Assembly (NCBI GenBank): GCA_046533775.1
Contig: JAWDOO010000006.1
Location: 1-28,405 of the forward strand
Reading direction: 5' to 3'
Origin: Candidatus Nanopusillus sp.
GTDB lineage: Archaea; Nanobdellota; Nanobdellia; Nanobdellales; Nanobdellaceae
Length of the DNA: 28,405 nucleotides
The notes below the pieces were generated by a model. That model saw only the letters and a list, made by a program, of their open reading frames with translations, ran no database searches and was not told the origin of the DNA. The stretch's first letter is position 1, and every line of letters starts with the position of its first letter. Made by a program: the position numbers and the translations under genes. This document shows positions 24,749-28,405 of the stretch, in pieces.

Positions 24749-25944
24749 AATAATTTACCAATTGCAAAAATCTTCCATCTTTTATTAATATTTCTCAATA
24801 TTATTACTTTATCATCTTTATATCCAAGAACTGGTTTATTTAATTTTATATTAATTACATTTCCTTTTTCTATGTTTTTTACAATTCCATCAGAAATTAT
24901 ATTATATAATCCTATAATTATTGTTTCCCCTTTTTGAATTTTTTCATTTTCATTAAATAGTTCTTTTATTACTTCATATTTTACCTTTATTTCATCATAT
25001 TGTGGAGGTAATTTATTTGTATATCCAGCAATCTGACCTGCTAATGTATCATCCTTTGTAACTGAAGGATCTAAAGTTGTTCCAATTCCAGCGGTTCCCC
25101 TTGGTAATATTTCTTTTACATCATAATTACCTTGTTTTAATGAAACTATTTTTGTTTTTATAGGAATCCATTTATTATTAATAAATAATCCTGGCCTTAT
25201 TTCTATTTCATCATTTAATTTTAATTTACCTTTCAGTAAACTCCCTCCCAGAACCCCTCCAACCAATTTTTCTATATCTGTACCAGGTTTATTTACATCA
25301 AAAGATCTTGATATTAAAAATATTGGATCTGAACTTTCATCTTTTTCTGGTTTTGGTAAATTAACTAATTCTTCTAATAAATAATTTATATTTATATTAT
25401 TTATTGCAGATATTGGGATAATTTTTACTTTATTTTTATCAATATTTAGTTTATCTAGTAAATTTAATATTTCTTGATAATTTTTCATTGCTTCTTCTTT
25501 TGTTACTAGATCAATTTTATTTTGTACAATTATTAAAGGTTTATTTCCCAAATATTTAAATGCTACTAAATGTTCTAATGTTTGTGGCTGTGGTACTGGT
25601 TCATTAGCAGCAATAACTAATATAGCAGCATCAACAATTGCAGCACCAGTTAACATTACCATTAATAAACTCTCATGACCAGGTGCATCTACAATAGATA
25701 TTTTTCTAATTGCTTTATTTTCTTTGTTACATATTGGACATATTTTTTCTGTAAAATACCCATGTTCTTCACATTTATATATTGTAAAATCAGCATATCC
25801 TAACTTTATTGTTAATCCTCTTTTTATTTCTTCAGAATGTTTTGATAACCATTGACCTGTTAATGATTTTGCTAATGTTGTTTTTCCATGATCAACATGT
25901 CCCAGTATTATTATTGATAGATCAGGATATATTATATCATCCAT
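24745..25944 (-). CDS. eif2g: Translation initiation factor aIF2, gamma subunit
   Basis: GHVDHGKTTL (G1), a zinc knuckle CEEHG...CPIC inserted in the G domain, DAPGHE (G3), NKIDL (G4); 399 aa. Confidence 0.92.
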   Translation of the reverse strand: MDDIIYPDLSIIILGHVDHGKTTLAKSLTGQWLSKHSEEIKRGLTIKLGYADFTIYKCEEHGYFTEKICPICNKENKAIRKISIVDAPGHESLLMVMLTGAAIVDAAILVIAANEPVPQPQTLEHLVAFKYLGNKPLIIVQNKIDLVTKEEAMKNYQEILNLLDKLNIDKNKVKIIPISAINNININYLLEELVNLPKPEKDESSDPIFLISRSFDVNKPGTDIEKLVGGVLGGSLLKGKLKLNDEIEIRPGLFINNKWIPIKTKIVSLKQGNYDVKEILPRGTAGIGTTLDPSVTKDDTLAGQIAGYTNKLPPQYDEIKVKYEVIKELFNENEKIQKGETIIIGLYNIISDGIVKNIEKGNVINIKLNKPVLGYKDDKVIILRNINKRWKIFAIGKLL

Positions 25945-25983
25945 TCACTTATTTTTAATAAAAAAGTTAAAAAATAATAATTT

Positions 25984-27429
25984 TTATATAAATCTATATA
26001 TTGTTTTGTTTCCTTGATCTAATAAATCTATACCAACTTTTTTAAGTTCTTCCCTTATTTTATCGGATAATTCATAATTTTTATTCTTTCTTAATTCATT
26101 CCTAATATCTATTATTATATTTAATAAAATATTTGTTAAATTTTCTTTACTTTCTTTTCCATAAAATATATCCTCCCATAATCCATAAATTCTTGAAGCA
26201 ATATTATAGAAATTATATGAAGTAAAATATAATGTAAATGTTTCAGATCCAATAACATTTTTATTTATATAATTTGTTGCTTCTAATAATATTCTTGTAG
26301 CTTCTCTTGTATTAAAATCATCCTTTATACTATTTATAAACTCTTTTTCATAATTTAATAATTCTTTCCATATTTTTATTTTATTATCATCTAAATAAAA
26401 TGTTCTATCCAAACTATTTATTTCATTTATAATTGTTTTGATTGTTGAACTTATATATCTATAATTTTCTTTTGCTTGATTTATACTTTCTTCATTTATA
26501 TCAATTGGTTCTCTATAATGATAAGATCCAATATAAAATCTTGTTATATCTTCTCCATATTTATCTAAAAATTCTTTTGCAGGTATTATATTTCCTAAAC
26601 TTTTACTCATCTTTTCTCCTTTAATTTTTATAAATCCAAAATGTAACCAATATTTTACCCAAGGATGTGTATTAAATCTAGCTTCTGATTGTGCAATTTC
26701 ATTTTCATGATGTGGGAATATTAAATCTTGACCTCCAGAATGTATATCAAATTGTGATCCCAAATATTTTGATGACATTGTAGAACATTCAATATGCCAA
26801 CCTGGTCTTCCTTCACCAATTTCTGTATTCCAATATGGTTCATCTTCTTTTTTAAATTTCCATAATGCAAAATCATATGAGTGTTTTTTATCTTCTAAGA
26901 ATTCTGTTTCTTGTTCCCATTGTTCTTTTTTTGTTCCAGATAATTGTCCATAATATGGATATTTATCTATATCATAATATATACTATATTTTCCTTTGTA
27001 TGCATATCCTTTATTTATTAAATCTTTTATAAAATCTACAATATCATTAATATGTGTTGTAACCCTTGGATTTATATAAAATGGTAAATTGTTCAATCTT
27101 CTTATTTGTTCTAAATGATATTTTATATATTCTTCAGGTATCTTTTGCCAATCATTTAATAAATTTAACTCTCTTGCTCTTTTTATTATTTTATCATCTA
27201 TATCTGTAAAATTACTAATTGCTATATCTATATATCCAAAATATCTGAATATTCTTCTTATAATATCTAAAGAAATTTCTGACCTTAAATGACCTATATG
27301 TGATGTATCATATGGTGTTATTCCACAATGATATATTTTTACAAAAGGATATTCTATTGGCTCAAATATTTCTTTTTTCTTTGTTAATGTATTATATATA
27401 TAAATTACACCGATTATTGTCCATTTCAA
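25984..27429 (-). CDS. cysS: Cysteinyl-tRNA synthetase
   Basis: CGITPYDTSHIGHLRS (HIGH), WHIECS, KMSKSLGN (KMSKS); 481 aa. Confidence 0.9.
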   Translation of the reverse strand: MKWTIIGVIYIYNTLTKKKEIFEPIEYPFVKIYHCGITPYDTSHIGHLRSEISLDIIRRIFRYFGYIDIAISNFTDIDDKIIKRARELNLLNDWQKIPEEYIKYHLEQIRRLNNLPFYINPRVTTHINDIVDFIKDLINKGYAYKGKYSIYYDIDKYPYYGQLSGTKKEQWEQETEFLEDKKHSYDFALWKFKKEDEPYWNTEIGEGRPGWHIECSTMSSKYLGSQFDIHSGGQDLIFPHHENEIAQSEARFNTHPWVKYWLHFGFIKIKGEKMSKSLGNIIPAKEFLDKYGEDITRFYIGSYHYREPIDINEESINQAKENYRYISSTIKTIINEINSLDRTFYLDDNKIKIWKELLNYEKEFINSIKDDFNTREATRILLEATNYINKNVIGSETFTLYFTSYNFYNIASRIYGLWEDIFYGKESKENLTNILLNIIIDIRNELRKNKNYELSDKIREELKKVGIDLLDQGNKTIYRFI

Positions 27430-27475
27430 ATAATTATAAAAATATATTTAAAAAGATATTTTGAATATTATAAAA

Positions 27476-27949
27476 ATGAATAATATTTTTAAGGATATGA
27501 TAAAAAGTAAAATTGGAATTGCTTTAATTGTAATATTTTTTATAATTGGCTATTTTTATATTAAATCAATATTTTTGGGTTTATTATTAGCATCAATTTA
27601 TATAAAAATCCTTTCATGTTTATATGTAATTTTATTTTCTTTAAATTTTGCTTTAATATCTTTTATGATAATTAATTATAGGAAATTCTATACAGGAAAT
27701 ATTCTATCATTTATTTCTGCAATATTTGGTTTTGCTGGATTTCAGGCATGTTTAGTTGGATGTAGTACAGGTTCCTTTGCTATTTTAGTTGCAACACTTG
27801 CTCCACTATTTAGATTAAATATATTTGAATTTGGAGAAATCCTATTAATTATCAGTGATATTTTATTTATAGTTAATTTAATATTTTTGTTGGGATTAAA
27901 TAAAAGAAAAGATATTAAAAAGTTAAAGATTTCAAAAAATATTAAATAA
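27476..27949 (+). CDS. Polytopic membrane protein with an intramembrane CxxxC motif; unknown function
   Basis: About 4-5 hydrophobic segments and GFQACLVGCSTG in one of them. I prefer the ATG at 27476 to the tracked TTG at 27461. Confidence 0.45.
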   Translation: MNNIFKDMIKSKIGIALIVIFFIIGYFYIKSIFLGLLLASIYIKILSCLYVILFSLNFALISFMIINYRKFYTGNILSFISAIFGFAGFQACLVGCSTGSFAILVATLAPLFRLNIFEFGEILLIISDILFIVNLIFLLGLNKRKDIKKLKISKNIK

Positions 27950-28098
27950 AATTTACATTTTTACTAACTTAATAGTTAGATTTAGAAAAATTGATTTAAT
28001 TTAATACATAAAAAGTTTTTATATTATAATTTTCTTACTTTATTTTGTAAATATGATTTCTTATATTTTAAAATTTTAGAAGATATAAAATAAAATAC

Positions 28099-28182
28099 GC
28101 GGCGGTGCCCGAGAGGCCAAAGGGGGTCGGTTGAGGTCCGATTGGATAAGATCCGCCAGGGGTTCAAATCCCCTCCGCCGCA
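28099..28182 (+). tRNA. tRNA-Leu (anticodon GAG), no encoded CCA, no intron
   Basis: Hand-folded. Acceptor GCGGCGG/CCGCCGC; D arm GCCC..GGG(G); anticodon stem GTCGG/CCGAT; loop TTGAGGT (anticodon GAG). It also has a long variable arm GGAT-AAG-ATCC, T arm AGGGG-TTCAAAT-CCCCT and discriminator A. About 65% G+C within an AT-rich context. Confidence 0.9.
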
Positions 28183-28188
28183 TTAAAA

Positions 28189-28195
28189 TTTTTTT
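28189..28195 (+). terminator. Oligo-T tract downstream of tRNA-Leu (archaeal-type terminator)
   Basis: A run of seven T starts 7 nt after the tRNA 3' end. Confidence 0.35.
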
Positions 28196-28327
28196 ATAAT
28201 TCTAATTATAGGCAAATTAAATTAATTGTTTAGATCATTTTAATAATATAAAGGGATTATTTACTTATTTCATCTAAATTATTAATTATCCATAAAATAT
28301 TTATATATTAAAGAATATAGAATATAT

Positions 28328-28405
28328 ATGAAATCTATTTCTCCAATAATAGCATCTATATTAATTATTGTTATTACAGTTGCAATTTCTTTAATATTAT
28401 ATTCA
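28328..28405 (+). CDS. Archaeal type IV pilin-like protein, N-terminal fragment (ORF runs off the window end)
   Basis: The ATG at 28328 gives MKSISPIIASILIIVITVAISLILYS. This matches the archaeal pilin/archaellin class III signal plus hydrophobic N-terminal domain pattern (K-[GAS]-[IV]SP[VI]I..[IV]L[ML][IV]AITV). TTTATATA lies ~25 nt upstream. The supplied ORF track does not list it. Confidence 0.65.
   Translation, partial: MKSISPIIASILIIVITVAISLILYS

Noticed and set aside
1572-26624. Other short tracked ORFs overlapping annotated genes: 1572-1760, 1669-1851, 6386-6628, 7273-7527, 8471-8734, 9764-9985, 12376-12558, 12575-12787, 15627-15941, 18487-18678, 21943-22227, 24094-24321, 26442-26624
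   Set aside because: Each is 60-104 aa and is fully embedded in or antisense to a gene with clear family motifs. All have leucine/isoleucine/phenylalanine-rich nonsense-like composition, and none has its own promoter-sized gap.
27461-27475. TTG start for the membrane protein ORF
   Set aside because: An ATG lies five codons downstream (27476). No other gene in the window needs a non-ATG start.
1-28405. CRISPR arrays, insertion sequences, integrases, prophage or defence-island content, rRNA and other GC-rich structured RNAs, and split-tRNA halves
   Set aside because: I found no direct-repeat/spacer periodicity and no transposase or integrase motifs. The only GC-rich island outside proline-rich coding stretches is the intact tRNA-Leu, and intergenic gaps are too short (at most ~150 bp) to hide such elements.

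Overview
This is an extremely AT-rich, very tightly packed archaeal chromosome segment. By eye it is well under 30% G+C, nearly everything is coding, and many adjacent genes overlap by 1-4 nt. Most genes are informational housekeeping genes: RFC large subunit, uL4-uL23-uL2 followed directly by uS2, a RIO kinase, aRF1, CCA-adding enzyme, RadB, a HIT hydrolase, TFE-alpha, TatD, aIF2-gamma with a Fcf1-like PIN protein and a DRG-like GTPase, CysRS, and a GC-rich tRNA-Leu(GAG). The shortened proteins, scrambled ribosomal gene order and absence of Shine-Dalgarno sequences point to a reduced DPANN/Nanoarchaeota-like genome. That placement is inference only. The least ordinary content falls into six groups. 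(1) A divergent locus at about 15.1-20.9 kb carries an unusually long FlaI-like ATPase and a FlaJ-like membrane platform. It faces three unassignable proteins: one coiled-coil, one Q/N-rich, and one Cys- and sequon-rich. A second orphan FlaJ-like gene and a pilin-like gene cut by the window end are also present. (2) Two housekeeping enzymes, GatE and Dph2, appear to lack their N-terminal domains and may be split genes. (3) Two proteins share the same odd layout: a short N-terminal motif, a Q/N/P-rich low-complexity region, then a coiled coil. (4) A 400-aa protein is built from a tandem ~620-nt duplication. (5) GTTAA-type inverted repeats cluster upstream of tfe. (6) An Nre-like repair protein lacks any cysteine-rich N-terminus but has a C-terminal PIP-box. 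I saw no CRISPR array, transposase, integrase or rRNA.
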